From Clostridia bacterium (lineage in GTDB: Bacteria > Bacillota > Clostridia > Oscillospirales > Acutalibacteraceae), in contig JAKSQP010000013.1 of assembly GCA_024404025.1 (NCBI GenBank), positions 6,258-70,257 on the forward strand: a DNA stretch of 64,000 bases, given 5' to 3'. The notes below the pieces were generated by a model. That model worked only from the letters and a program-made list of their open reading frames with translations. It had not been told where the DNA came from and did no database searches. Position numbers and translations under genes: made by a program. The number at the start of each line of letters is the position of its first letter. The stretch's first letter is position 1. Below, one piece after another: positions 18,476 to 28,050 of this stretch.

Positions 18476-19362
18476 ATCTGTTCTTCCGTTTCGGTTTCTG
18501 TTTCTGTTAACTCGTCTGTTGCTTTTTCAACTTCTGCGTATTCGGTAACGGCATTGCCGGATTCATCCGTTACGGCTTCACCGTTTTCATCGGTCACTTC
18601 AACCGCCGCCGTGAGCATTTCATCAGTAACTGCGGTTTCATCCGGCGCCGCTTCATCCGTCATTTCCTCTTCGTGGCGCTCGGAAACAACTGCAATAACT
18701 TCCTGGCTGTCCGCATTCTGAATAGAAGAGATATACATTTCTCCGCTGCTCTCACGCAGGGTGATTTTCATGATTTTATCCGGCTCCGGAGCCGTAAGCT
18801 CGCCGTTTTCATTCTGCGCCCATGCCTTTGCGCCGATATAACCGACCGTCAGAATAACCGAGCTTCCCTGCTTGTCTATATCGTAAACCTTCGGAGCATA
18901 AGCCGAATCAATTCCGGTAATCGGGAGAATATAGCTCTTGAGAGCAGAATCATAGGTTATGTCATAATCGCCCATATCAATCGACTGATGCATTGATGAT
19001 ATGTCTATCTCCCTGCCGAAAAGCTGAATGAAATATTTTTCAATATCCGCCTGGGGAACAACGATTCCGCCGTCGGAATAGGCATATCCCTCCGTTCCTT
19101 TTTCGCTCTTGAGCAGCGCCCAGACTGCGCTGTTGACGAGCTGCGGGATCTCCGCCTGAGTAAGATCGTCAAACGGATCGGGGTCAAACATAACAACCGG
19201 TGTCAGAAAAGCTTCATATTCCGCCTTCTTTGCCGTGTTGTCGGTAAGATTTTTAACGGAATTTATGCCGAATTTTATAACCGTTACCGCTCCGATAACG
19301 GCAAGAATCATCGCTATAACGCCTATCGGAAAAGCAAATCTGTTTTTCTTTCTTTTTGCCAT
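18472..19362 (-). CDS. Hypothetical membrane-anchored protein with an acidic VTDE-repeat tail
   Basis: 296 aa; basic N-terminus plus a TM helix; E/T/D-rich C-terminus; overlaps the mutS2 start. Confidence 0.75.
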   Translation of the reverse strand: MAKRKKNRFAFPIGVIAMILAVIGAVTVIKFGINSVKNLTDNTAKKAEYEAFLTPVVMFDPDPFDDLTQAEIPQLVNSAVWALLKSEKGTEGYAYSDGGIVVPQADIEKYFIQLFGREIDISSMHQSIDMGDYDITYDSALKSYILPITGIDSAYAPKVYDIDKQGSSVILTVGYIGAKAWAQNENGELTAPEPDKIMKITLRESSGEMYISSIQNADSQEVIAVVSERHEEEMTDEAAPDETAVTDEMLTAAVEVTDENGEAVTDESGNAVTEYAEVEKATDELTETETETEEQI

Positions 19363-19373
19363 TTTTATCCTCC

Positions 19374-20615
19374 TTATCTTATCTGGCCGTCGCCGCTGAT
19401 AAGATATTTCGTGCTGACCATGTGAGCAACTCCGAGAGGACCTCTTGCGTGAAGCTTCTGCGTTGAAATTCCGATTTCCGCTCCGAATCCGAATTCGCCG
19501 CCGTCGGTGAATCTTGACGAAGCATTGACATAAACTGCCGCCGCATCGATTTCATTCTGAAATTTCTTTGCGGATGCAAGGCTATCGGTAACGATGACCT
19601 CGCTGTGGCCCGTTCCGTAAAGAGAAATATGAGCGATAGCCTCATCAATGTCATTGACCGTTTTTGCGCTGATGATATAGTCGAGATATTCCTTTCCCCA
19701 GTCCTCTTCGGACGCCGGAACCGCATAGGGAAGAATTGCGCAGACCGCTTCATCGCCCCTGATTTCAACATTCTTTTCTTTAAGTTTTTCGCCGATGAGG
19801 ATGAGAGCTTCTTCTGCTATATCCTTATGGATAAGCAGGCTTTCGCAGGCATTGCAGACCGAAACTCTTGATGCCTTTGCGTTCGCAACGATTTCAGCCG
19901 CCATGTTGATATCGGCTTCTCTGTCAACATAAACATGGCAGTTGCCGACTCCCGTCTGAATAACGGGAACGGAAGCGTTCTCAACAACAGAACGGATAAG
20001 ACCTGCACCGCCTCTAGGAATGAGCAGGTCAACATATTCGTTAAGGCGCATAAGCTCCGCCGTAACTTCTCTTGCGTTGTTTTCAATAAGAATAATCGAA
20101 TCCGCCGGGATTCCGCATTTTTCGATTGCCGCCCTCATAGTGTCGGCAATGGCTTTGTTGGAATTCGCCGCTTCCTTGCCGCCCTTGAGAATAACGGAAT
20201 TGCCCGCCTTGAGGCAAATAGCCGCCGCATCGGAGGTAACATTCGGGCGTGCTTCATAGATGACCGCAATAACCCCCATCGGAACGGTCACTTTTTCGAT
20301 TTTCAGTCCGTTAGGTCTTGTTTCGCCCCAAAGCACTTTTCCTATGGGGCATTCCTCGCCTGCAACCTCTTTAAGTCCCTCTGCCATTCCGTTTATTCTC
20401 GCATCGGTCAGAGTGAGGCGGTCGATCATCGCTTCCGCCATGCCGTTTTCACGGGCAAGCTGTATGTCGAGAGAATTTGCGCCGATGATGGCATCCTTGT
20501 TTTCAATTATCATTTCTGCGCAGGAAAGCAGGGCCGCATTGATTTTTGCTTCTCCTGCCTGCGAAAGTATTTTCTGCGCCTTTTTTGAGCGGGCACCGAT
20601 TTCTTTAATATCCAT
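19374..20615 (-). CDS. proA: Gamma-glutamyl phosphate reductase
   Basis: YEARPNVT, LIPRGG, CHVYVD and VYVNASSRFTDGGEFGFGAEIGISTQKLHARGP motifs. Start set at ATG 20615. Confidence 0.97.
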   Translation of the reverse strand: MDIKEIGARSKKAQKILSQAGEAKINAALLSCAEMIIENKDAIIGANSLDIQLARENGMAEAMIDRLTLTDARINGMAEGLKEVAGEECPIGKVLWGETRPNGLKIEKVTVPMGVIAVIYEARPNVTSDAAAICLKAGNSVILKGGKEAANSNKAIADTMRAAIEKCGIPADSIILIENNAREVTAELMRLNEYVDLLIPRGGAGLIRSVVENASVPVIQTGVGNCHVYVDREADINMAAEIVANAKASRVSVCNACESLLIHKDIAEEALILIGEKLKEKNVEIRGDEAVCAILPYAVPASEEDWGKEYLDYIISAKTVNDIDEAIAHISLYGTGHSEVIVTDSLASAKKFQNEIDAAAVYVNASSRFTDGGEFGFGAEIGISTQKLHARGPLGVAHMVSTKYLISGDGQIR

Positions 20616-20616
20616 T

Positions 20617-21411
20617 TCAATTACCTCTTTTTGCCTTGAAAAGTGTTCCGAGCTGCCTTCCGTCAAGGAGCTTATATATATCCTCCGGGTCGGAGCCGTT
20701 CATAACAACCGTGTCAATGCCTGCGTTGGCGGCAATATCGGCGGCGTGGAGCTTCGTTATCATTCCGCCCGTGCCTCTGTTTGTGCCCGTTCCGCCGGCA
20801 AGCGCATAAATTTCATCGTTGAGTTCTTCAACGGTATGAATCAGAACTGCATTTTCATCCTCTCTCGGATTTGCGCTGAAAAGTCCGTCAATATCCGTGA
20901 GGATTATAAGCAGATCGGCATCGGTTATTTTTGCGCAGTGAGCCGAAAGGCTGTCGTTATCTCCGAAAACGATTTCCTCAACCGCAACCGCATCATTTTC
21001 GTTGACTACGGGGATTGCGCCGTATTCAAAAAGCTTCATAAAAGCATTGCGCAGATTTGACTGGCGCTCTTCATCTTCAAAATCGTCACGGGTAACGAGA
21101 AGCTGGCCTATCGTGTTGCCGTATTCGCCGAAAAATTTATCATAGAGAAACATCAGTTCGCATTGGCCGACCGTTGCCGCAGCCTGTCTGCCCGGGGTAT
21201 CTTTCGGCCTTTCGGCAAGTCCGAGTTTGCCTACGCCTACTCCGATTGCTCCGGAGGTTACAAGCACTATTTCCATTCCGGCATTTTTAAGGTCACTCAA
21301 CACTCTTGCGAGCATCGACATTCTTCTGATGTTTATTTTTCCCGTGTCGTATGTCAGCGTTGATGTGCCGACCTTAACAACAAGTCTTTTGATTTCTTTT
21401 TTGTTTACCAT
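20617..21411 (-). CDS. proB: Glutamate 5-kinase (no PUA domain)
   Basis: VVKVGTSTL, SGAIGVG, NENDAV, FGDNDSLSA and GTGGMITKL motifs. Confidence 0.96.
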   Translation of the reverse strand: MVNKKEIKRLVVKVGTSTLTYDTGKINIRRMSMLARVLSDLKNAGMEIVLVTSGAIGVGVGKLGLAERPKDTPGRQAAATVGQCELMFLYDKFFGEYGNTIGQLLVTRDDFEDEERQSNLRNAFMKLFEYGAIPVVNENDAVAVEEIVFGDNDSLSAHCAKITDADLLIILTDIDGLFSANPREDENAVLIHTVEELNDEIYALAGGTGTNRGTGGMITKLHAADIAANAGIDTVVMNGSDPEDIYKLLDGRQLGTLFKAKRGN

Positions 21412-21412
21412 A

Positions 21413-22669
21413 TTATTTCACCGTTTCAATATATTTTTTGTAAGTCTGCTTCGTTTTAACATTTCCGACTGCGCAAAGCGAAATATTTTTTATATCGAGA
21501 ATTTCTTTTGAAATCTTTTTTACATCTTCAAGAGTGACTGCTCTGATTCGCTTCACGACCTCATCCTCCGGGTCAACGAAACCGTAAAAAAGAGTTTCAA
21601 GCGCATTTGACGAGGCGAGGTTCGTTATGTTTTCGTTATCAATAACATAGCCCGAAACACCCTGCTCAATCGCAATGTCAATTTCGCTCTGCGTTATGCT
21701 TTCGGGAAATTCCGAAATTATTTTCATCGTTTCTTCAATTGCTCTTTTTTCGGATACAGACGAAAGAGCCATATAGATTGCGAAGTATCCCGCCTTTTCC
21801 TGCTTCGTGTTTGCGGTGTCTATCGAATAAACCAGCCCCAGCTCCTCACGAAGCTTCTGAAAGAGCCTTGAGGAAGAGGAAGCGCCGAGAATCGAAGACA
21901 TTATGGCTGCGCTGTGGCGGCGCGGATCTCTTGATGTGATTCCCGGGAATCCGATAACAAGCTGATTCTGCATTGATTCTTTTTTGACAACGGTTATATT
22001 TTTGAAATATTCCGCTCCGTCAGGCTCAACGGTTGAACCCGTATTTTTTCTGCTTCCGAAATATTTTTTGCAAAGCTCAACCGCTTCATTTTCATCGAAT
22101 TTTCCGCAAAACGACGCAACCGTTCTTTCGGGAACATAAAATTTTTCAAGATGCTTTTGCAGATCTTCTCTGCCCATTGCAAGAACGGTTTTTCTTGTTC
22201 CGAGAATATCATATCCGAGCATACTTTCCTTCCATATCTGCCTGCAGAAGGTGTCGCTGCAAAGGTCATCGGGGCTGTCCTCATACATCGAAAATTCTTC
22301 CATGATAACGCCCTTTTCCGTTTCAATATCTTCCTGCGGAAAAAGCGGATTTGCAATCATATCGCAGATAATATCAAAAACTCCTGCAGCATTTTCGGAA
22401 AGAGCCTGCGCATAAAAGCAGGTATAATCCTTTGCCGTGTAGGCATTTATTACGCTTCCGAGAGCATCGGTTTCTCTTGCAATGTCAAGCGCCGAGCGTT
22501 TTGCCGTGCCCTTAAACACCATGTGCTCGATGAAATGCGAAACGCCTGCCGTTTCGGGAGTTTCATATCCGGAGCCGCTTGCGACCCATATTCCCATTGC
22601 GCAGGTTTTGACCTGTGGGACAGGGTTCAGAACGATCCGGAATCCGTTTTCCAAAGTTATGGTTTTCAT
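21413..22669 (-). CDS. M16 family (pitrilysin) zinc peptidase
   Basis: Inverted zincin motif HFIEHMVFKGT, INAYT, and SSRLFQKLREELGLVYS. Confidence 0.93.
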   Translation of the reverse strand: MKTITLENGFRIVLNPVPQVKTCAMGIWVASGSGYETPETAGVSHFIEHMVFKGTAKRSALDIARETDALGSVINAYTAKDYTCFYAQALSENAAGVFDIICDMIANPLFPQEDIETEKGVIMEEFSMYEDSPDDLCSDTFCRQIWKESMLGYDILGTRKTVLAMGREDLQKHLEKFYVPERTVASFCGKFDENEAVELCKKYFGSRKNTGSTVEPDGAEYFKNITVVKKESMQNQLVIGFPGITSRDPRRHSAAIMSSILGASSSSRLFQKLREELGLVYSIDTANTKQEKAGYFAIYMALSSVSEKRAIEETMKIISEFPESITQSEIDIAIEQGVSGYVIDNENITNLASSNALETLFYGFVDPEDEVVKRIRAVTLEDVKKISKEILDIKNISLCAVGNVKTKQTYKKYIETVK

Positions 22670-23071
22670 TTATTTTACCTGCTCATTCTTGAAAACGAGG
22701 GCAACGCTTCCGACCGTGATTTTGTCGCCGCTGTTCAGAAATACTTTTTTTTCGATTTTTTTGCCGTTCACAAGCACATCAGCCGAATTTTTTGCAGCTG
22801 CAATATACCAGCCTTTTTTTGAGCAGACGATAACTGCGTGCTGCCTTGAAACAGTCGGATAGTTAAGCACAATATCGCAGTTTTTATGTCTTCCGATCGA
22901 AGTGTCACGGCTTGAAAGCTCAAAGGCATCGCCGTTTGCAAGGCTGATAAGCACGGCGTTGCCGAACGACGGCGCTCTGCGTTTGAAAAGAGCCGAAAAG
23001 CAGAGAATCAATATTATGACCGTCAGCGCCGGAAGCGCATAACGGGATATACGCAGAATCAGTTCAAACAT
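22670..23071 (-). CDS. FHA domain-containing membrane protein
   Basis: N-terminal TM helix; IGRHKNCDIVL...VSRQHA FHA motif; GGAGG RBS before ATG 23071. Confidence 0.9.
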   Translation of the reverse strand: MFELILRISRYALPALTVIILILCFSALFKRRAPSFGNAVLISLANGDAFELSSRDTSIGRHKNCDIVLNYPTVSRQHAVIVCSKKGWYIAAAKNSADVLVNGKKIEKKVFLNSGDKITVGSVALVFKNEQVK

Positions 23072-23102
23072 ACTGCCTCCGAAAAACATTTATACATAAT
23101 AT

Positions 23103-23131
23103 ACTATATTATTATTTCAAAAGATTGTCAA
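23103..23131 (-). promoter_or_regulatory. sigmaA promoter for the FHA-M16-proBA unit
   Basis: Minus strand TTGACA (23131-23126), 17 nt, TATAGT (23108-23103). Confidence 0.65.
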
Positions 23132-23145
23132 TAATTAACGGAAAG

Positions 23146-23182
23146 AAAAACTCCGGACAATGCATTAAACAATGTCCGGAGT
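23146..23182 (-). terminator. Intrinsic terminator after yebC
   Basis: ACTCCGGACA (23150-23159) / TGTCCGGAGT (23173-23182) with a U-tract on the minus strand. Confidence 0.75.
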
Positions 23183-23198
23183 GAATTATTTTTATAAA

Positions 23199-23936
23199 TT
23201 ATTCTGCGTCATCAATGTTATCGCAGTTATGCCATACGCCCTGAATGTCATCATTATCATCAAACATATCAAGCATCTTGCTCATTGCGGTAAGCTCATC
23301 GGGATTTGAAAGAGTAACGTATGTTGAGGGGATATATGCGGTTTCAGCCGAAAGGAAGCTGTATCCCTTTTCGGCAAGAGCCGATGAAACGGCGCCGCAG
23401 TCATAAGGATCGGTGCGGATCTCAAAAACGCCTTCTTCGGAAAGAAAATCAGATGCGCCGGCTTCGAGAGCATCCTCCATAAGCTTATCCTCGTCAATGC
23501 CCTCCTGCTCAATAACTATAACGCCCTGCTTTGTAAAGAGGAACGAAACGCAGCCGTTCTGGCCCATATTTCCGCCGAATTTATCGAAATAATGGCGAAC
23601 ATCACCGGCTGTTCTGTTTCTGTTATCTGTAAGAGCTTCAACGATAACGGCAACACCCGAGGGACCGTAACCTTCATAAATTATCGTTTCGTAGTTTGCT
23701 CCGCCGCCTTCGCCGGCAGCCTTCTTTATGATTCTGTCGATATTATCGTTGGGAACGTTGTTTGCCTTTGCCTTTGCGATAACATCCTTAAGCTTTGAGT
23801 TTGATGCGGGGTCGGGACCGCCTTCACGGACTACAACCGCTATTTCTCTGCCGATTTTGGTGAATACCTTTGCTCTGGCATTATCTGTTTTTTCTTTTTT
23901 GCGTTTGATCGTGCTCCATTTTGAATGGCCTGACAT
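23199..23936 (-). CDS. yebC: YebC/PmpR family protein
   Basis: MSGHSKWSTIKRKK, YEGYGPSGVA and TDNRNRT motifs. Confidence 0.96.
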   Translation of the reverse strand: MSGHSKWSTIKRKKEKTDNARAKVFTKIGREIAVVVREGGPDPASNSKLKDVIAKAKANNVPNDNIDRIIKKAAGEGGGANYETIIYEGYGPSGVAVIVEALTDNRNRTAGDVRHYFDKFGGNMGQNGCVSFLFTKQGVIVIEQEGIDEDKLMEDALEAGASDFLSEEGVFEIRTDPYDCGAVSSALAEKGYSFLSAETAYIPSTYVTLSNPDELTAMSKMLDMFDDNDDIQGVWHNCDNIDDAE

Positions 23937-23971
23937 TTTAAAACCTCATTTCGTGGTTATTTAACTTTGAT

Positions 23972-24001
23972 ATTATAATACATCTTTATATCTCTTGTCA
24001 A
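23972..24001 (-). promoter_or_regulatory. sigmaA promoter for yebC
   Basis: Minus strand TTGACA (24001-23996), 18 nt, TATAAT (23977-23972). Confidence 0.75.
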
Positions 24002-24005
24002 GATG

Positions 24006-24863
24006 TTAAAGGCTTGAGCTGAAGCCTTTTCCGAGAATTTCATTTGCCTCCGTAACGATTATGAAGGTCTGCGAATCTATTGACTGCGCAATTTTGATTA
24101 TATCCGAAATCTCGTGCTTTCTCGCAACGCAGACAAGCATATTTTTGTTTTCTCCGCTGTAAGCTCCGGTTGCCGGCATGATCGTTACCCCTCTCGGCGA
24201 TGCGCCGACAATGGCTTTTGAAACCTCGTCTGATTTTTCGGTTATGATCATCAGCATTTTGCCGCTGCCGGTGCCGTAAATTATGGTGTCAACAACCTTT
24301 GTGCTGACGAAAATTATGATTATTGCATAAAGTCCGCTTTCTATGCTCTTGAAAAGAAGCATATTGGCAATAATAACAAGTGCATCCGCAATCATAACGA
24401 TTTTGCCGACGGAAATATGCGGAAAAGCCTTGTGAAAAAGCTTTCCTATGATGTCCGTGCCGCCGCTTGTTGCCCCCGTTGTCATTATAAGTCCGAGACC
24501 GAAGCCTTCAAAAATTCCGCAGAAAAGAGTCGCAAGCAGTCTGTCGCCCGTATATGACGGCAGAAATGCTCCGAGTCCGTCAAGCGCAACGGAAAGTATT
24601 GCCGAAACAACAAGCGTTTTCGCAACCGGCTTTTTTCCGAGAAATATCCACATCAGGACCAGAAGCGGCACATTCAGAACGAAACCCGTTATGCCGACTG
24701 GGAAGCCGAAAATCTTGTTGATTATCAGGGCGGCGCCCGTCATTCCGCTCTGCGCTATCCCGTTTGATTTTACAAAACAGTTAAGCCCTATCGAATAGGA
24801 TGAACAGCCGATGATCCATATCAGAACATCCTTGATTCCGTTAAAAACTTTCTTTTTATCCAT
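24006..24863 (-). CDS. YitT family membrane protein (DUF161/DUF2179)
   Basis: GATSGGTDIIGKL, and a C-terminal 'RGVT....GAYSGE...L.CV' DUF2179 domain. Confidence 0.92.
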   Translation of the reverse strand: MDKKKVFNGIKDVLIWIIGCSSYSIGLNCFVKSNGIAQSGMTGAALIINKIFGFPVGITGFVLNVPLLVLMWIFLGKKPVAKTLVVSAILSVALDGLGAFLPSYTGDRLLATLFCGIFEGFGLGLIMTTGATSGGTDIIGKLFHKAFPHISVGKIVMIADALVIIANMLLFKSIESGLYAIIIIFVSTKVVDTIIYGTGSGKMLMIITEKSDEVSKAIVGASPRGVTIMPATGAYSGENKNMLVCVARKHEISDIIKIAQSIDSQTFIIVTEANEILGKGFSSSL

Positions 24864-25272
24864 CGGCGGTTTCTCCGTTTTCAGCTTCTTTTATTGCGGC
24901 GAAAAGCTCGTTGATTCTGTCTGTTTCTCCGTTCAAATAGAGCCATCCGAAAAGCGCTTCAAGTCCGGTCGCATAATGATAATCGGAGCTTGACTGATGC
25001 TTGGGAATGCCGCCCGTTCTGGCATTTCTGCCCCTTTTGAAAACGGCTTCCTCCTCCTCGGTCAGCATCGGCATGATCGCTTTTATGCTGCCCGCCTGCG
25101 CCGATGCGCAGACCCTTTTTGCCGCAGATTTATGAAGCGCATCAACAGGTCTGTTCGCTTCGCAAACAAGCTCGCTTCTCACGAGCAGGTCAAAAACGGT
25201 GTCCCCGATGAATGCGAGAGTAAGCGGGCTCATCATTGCCGCATCCGCAGGTTTTTTTAACAGTGAATTCAA
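24856..25272 (-). CDS. mrnC: Mini-ribonuclease III
   Basis: LAFIGDTVFDL, VCASAQA, FKRGRNA and YHYATGLEALFGWLYL motifs. Confidence 0.93.
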   Translation of the reverse strand: MNSLLKKPADAAMMSPLTLAFIGDTVFDLLVRSELVCEANRPVDALHKSAAKRVCASAQAGSIKAIMPMLTEEEEAVFKRGRNARTGGIPKHQSSSDYHYATGLEALFGWLYLNGETDRINELFAAIKEAENGETADG

Positions 25273-25287
25273 ATCATTGCACCTCTG

Positions 25288-26559
25288 TCAGTTGACAAAA
25301 TCAAATTCAAGGTCATAAATCGAAACCGTGTCGCCCTCCTGAATTCCCTTTTCATGAAGAGCATCAATTATTCCGCTTGAAACAAGCACTCTCTGAAAAT
25401 ACTGGAGCGATTCATAATCGTCAATATCCGTGCGCTGAAGAATTTTGAGAAGCCACTCTGCCTCAACGAAATAGACGCCGTCTTCAACACGGATCGTGAA
25501 TTTATCATCAACCCTGTTTTCAAAAAGAGCCGCAGGTATGCTTTCGGTTTCGTATCTTTTGATGGGCGGGAGGGTCTGAAGCTTATTCCAGACTGCCGAA
25601 ACGATTTCCTTTGTGCCCTCTTCAATAGGAGCACACATTGTATAAAATTCGTAACCGTTATCCGCAAAATATTTTCTGAGCCTTTCGATCTGCTCATCGG
25701 TTGCAAGGTCAACCTTGTTCGCAACCGCTATCTGCGGTCTTTTTGCAAGCTCGGGGTCAAACTTTTCAAGCTCTTTATTAATGATTTCAAAATCCTCTAT
25801 CGGATCTCTGCCTTCGCTTCCGGCTGCATCAACGATATGAACGAGAAGCCTGCATCTGTCAACATGGCGGAGGAATTCGTGGCCGAGACCGACTCCGTCG
25901 CCTGCGCCTTCAATAAGGCCGGGAATGTCAGCCATAACAAACGAGCTTCCCTCGCCCAGGGAAACAACTCCGAGCACGGGAGTTATCGTTGTGAAATGAT
26001 AATTTGCAATGATGGGCTTTGCTTCGCTGACAACGGACACAAGCGTTGATTTGCCAACATTCGGGAAGCCTAAAAGTCCCACATCGGCAAGCAGCTTCAG
26101 TTCAAGGCTTACCTCCCATTCTTCGCCGGGAGTGCCGTCCTTTGCGAATCTCGGGATCTGCCTCGTCGGGGTTGCGAAATGGGGATTTCCCCATCCTCCT
26201 CTGCCGCCCTTTGCGGCAATGAACGGCTCATCCGACGACATATCGGACATAACCGCTCCGCTTTCGACCTCACGGATTATAGTGCCTCTCGGAACATAAA
26301 TCACAAGGTCTTCGCCCCGTTTGCCCGTTTTTCTGCCGCCCTGACCGTTGCCGCCGTTGGGAGCGGTATATTTTCTTTTATATCGGAAATCCGCAAGGGT
26401 CGCAAGGTTATCATCAACCTTGAAAACAACATTTCCTCCTCTGCCGCCGTCACCGCCGTCGGGTCCGCCTGCCGCAACATATTTTTCTCTGCGGAAACTG
26501 ACTGCACCGTTGCCGCCGTTGCCCGCTTTTATTTTGATTTTTGCAATATCTACAAACAT
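25288..26559 (-). CDS. obgE: GTPase ObgE/CgtA
   Basis: MFVD...GNGG..SFRREKYVAAGGPDGGDGG, GFPNVGKST, DIPGLIEGA and NKVD motifs. Start set at ATG 26559. Confidence 0.98.
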   Translation of the reverse strand: MFVDIAKIKIKAGNGGNGAVSFRREKYVAAGGPDGGDGGRGGNVVFKVDDNLATLADFRYKRKYTAPNGGNGQGGRKTGKRGEDLVIYVPRGTIIREVESGAVMSDMSSDEPFIAAKGGRGGWGNPHFATPTRQIPRFAKDGTPGEEWEVSLELKLLADVGLLGFPNVGKSTLVSVVSEAKPIIANYHFTTITPVLGVVSLGEGSSFVMADIPGLIEGAGDGVGLGHEFLRHVDRCRLLVHIVDAAGSEGRDPIEDFEIINKELEKFDPELAKRPQIAVANKVDLATDEQIERLRKYFADNGYEFYTMCAPIEEGTKEIVSAVWNKLQTLPPIKRYETESIPAALFENRVDDKFTIRVEDGVYFVEAEWLLKILQRTDIDDYESLQYFQRVLVSSGIIDALHEKGIQEGDTVSIYDLEFDFVN

Positions 26560-26742
26560 AATTAATCTTCCTTGCCGTATTCGGCGCAAATTTTGACAGT
26601 TTATATTATATCTTATTTTCTTATCATTTACAATAGAAAATAATTTTATTTAAAAAATTTTCATTATTTACAAATATTTTATTGTTTTAAACTGATATGT
26701 GTGATATACTTTTATAATCGGAAATTATCGGCAGGTGAGACT

Positions 26743-28050
26743 ATGTCAGCAGTAATAACGAATGTAATAAAAGGCAGCATCGCACAAAAGAAGAAAATTT
26801 CGGCGGGTGACACTCTTGTTTCGATAAACGGCAGAGAAATCAGAGATGTTCTCGATTACCGCTTCTATCTGAACGAAAGCAAGCTTCATCTTGTTCTGAA
26901 ATCTGCGGCAGGCAAATCCAAAATCGTGCTTATCCGCAAGGAAGAAAATGAAGATATCGGTCTTGAATTTTCAACTTATCTTATGGATAAGCAGCAATCA
27001 TGCAAAAACAAGTGCATTTTCTGCTTTATAGATCAGCTCCCCGACGGCCTGCGTGACAGCTTATATTTTAAGGATGACGATTCCAGATTATCATTCCTTT
27101 TCGGAAATTATGTTACTCTGACCAATATGACCGATGAAGAGGCACAGCGCATAATTGATATGCACATAAGTCCCGTCAATATTTCCGTTCACACAATGAA
27201 CCCCGAATTACGAGTCAGAATGATGCTCAATCCGCACGCCGGCGAATCTCTGAAATATCTTTATAAGTTTGCTGAGGCCGGAGTTTCCGTCAACACTCAG
27301 CTTGTTCTCTGCCACGGAATCAATGACGGCGCAGAGCTTGAATTCAGCCTTCGTGAGCTTTTTAAGCTCTATCCGTCGGTTCAGAGCATTGCGGCGGTCC
27401 CCGTCGGGCTGACCGACCACAGAAAAGGTCTTTATCCGCTTGAACCTTATACGGAAAAAACTGCAGGCGAGGTTATCGACATCATTGACAGAGTGAACGC
27501 CGACTTTGAAAAGGAGCACGGCGAAAGAATCGCCTATGCCGCCGATGAATTTTACATCAAAGCAAACAGACGAATACCGGATGAGGAATATTATAACGGT
27601 TTTCCGCAGCTTGAAAACGGAATCGGAATGTGGGCGCTTCTGCGCAGCGAATTCTGCTCCGCTCTCGAAAAAAACGATGTTCTTTCAGCAAACAGAAAAG
27701 CGACGATCGTCACGGGGAAAGCGGCTTATCCGCTCATAAGTGAGCTTGCGGAAAAGGCAATGAAAAAAATAAAAGGTCTTGAAATCAATGTTGTTGCCGC
27801 CGAAAACAAGCTTTTCGGAAGCATGATAACGGTTTCGGGTCTGCTCTGCGGAAAGGATATTGAAGCCGCAGTCAGCGGAATTGATTTGGGAGAAGAGCTT
27901 ATCATCCCTCCGAACTGCCTTCGCAGCGAGGGAGATATGTTTCTTGACGATATGACGGCGCAGGAGCTTTCCGAAAGGCTCGGAGTTCCCGTTCGCCGCA
28001 ACGGAACAAGCGGAGAAGATCTGCTCTCTGCAATGTTGGGAGGTAATTAA
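26743..28050 (+). CDS. PDZ plus radical-SAM-like DUF512 protein
   Basis: N-terminal PDZ-like segment, CKNKCIFCFIDQLP (CxxxCxxC), LYFKDDDSRLSFL.GNYVTLTN and QLENGIGM motifs. Confidence 0.9.
   Translation: MSAVITNVIKGSIAQKKKISAGDTLVSINGREIRDVLDYRFYLNESKLHLVLKSAAGKSKIVLIRKEENEDIGLEFSTYLMDKQQSCKNKCIFCFIDQLPDGLRDSLYFKDDDSRLSFLFGNYVTLTNMTDEEAQRIIDMHISPVNISVHTMNPELRVRMMLNPHAGESLKYLYKFAEAGVSVNTQLVLCHGINDGAELEFSLRELFKLYPSVQSIAAVPVGLTDHRKGLYPLEPYTEKTAGEVIDIIDRVNADFEKEHGERIAYAADEFYIKANRRIPDEEYYNGFPQLENGIGMWALLRSEFCSALEKNDVLSANRKATIVTGKAAYPLISELAEKAMKKIKGLEINVVAAENKLFGSMITVSGLLCGKDIEAAVSGIDLGEELIIPPNCLRSEGDMFLDDMTAQELSERLGVPVRRNGTSGEDLLSAMLGGN

Noticed and set aside
20617-21411. ProB lacking the PUA domain as a truncation
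   Set aside because: Short PUA-less glutamate 5-kinases are common in Firmicutes, and the gene is coupled to proA.
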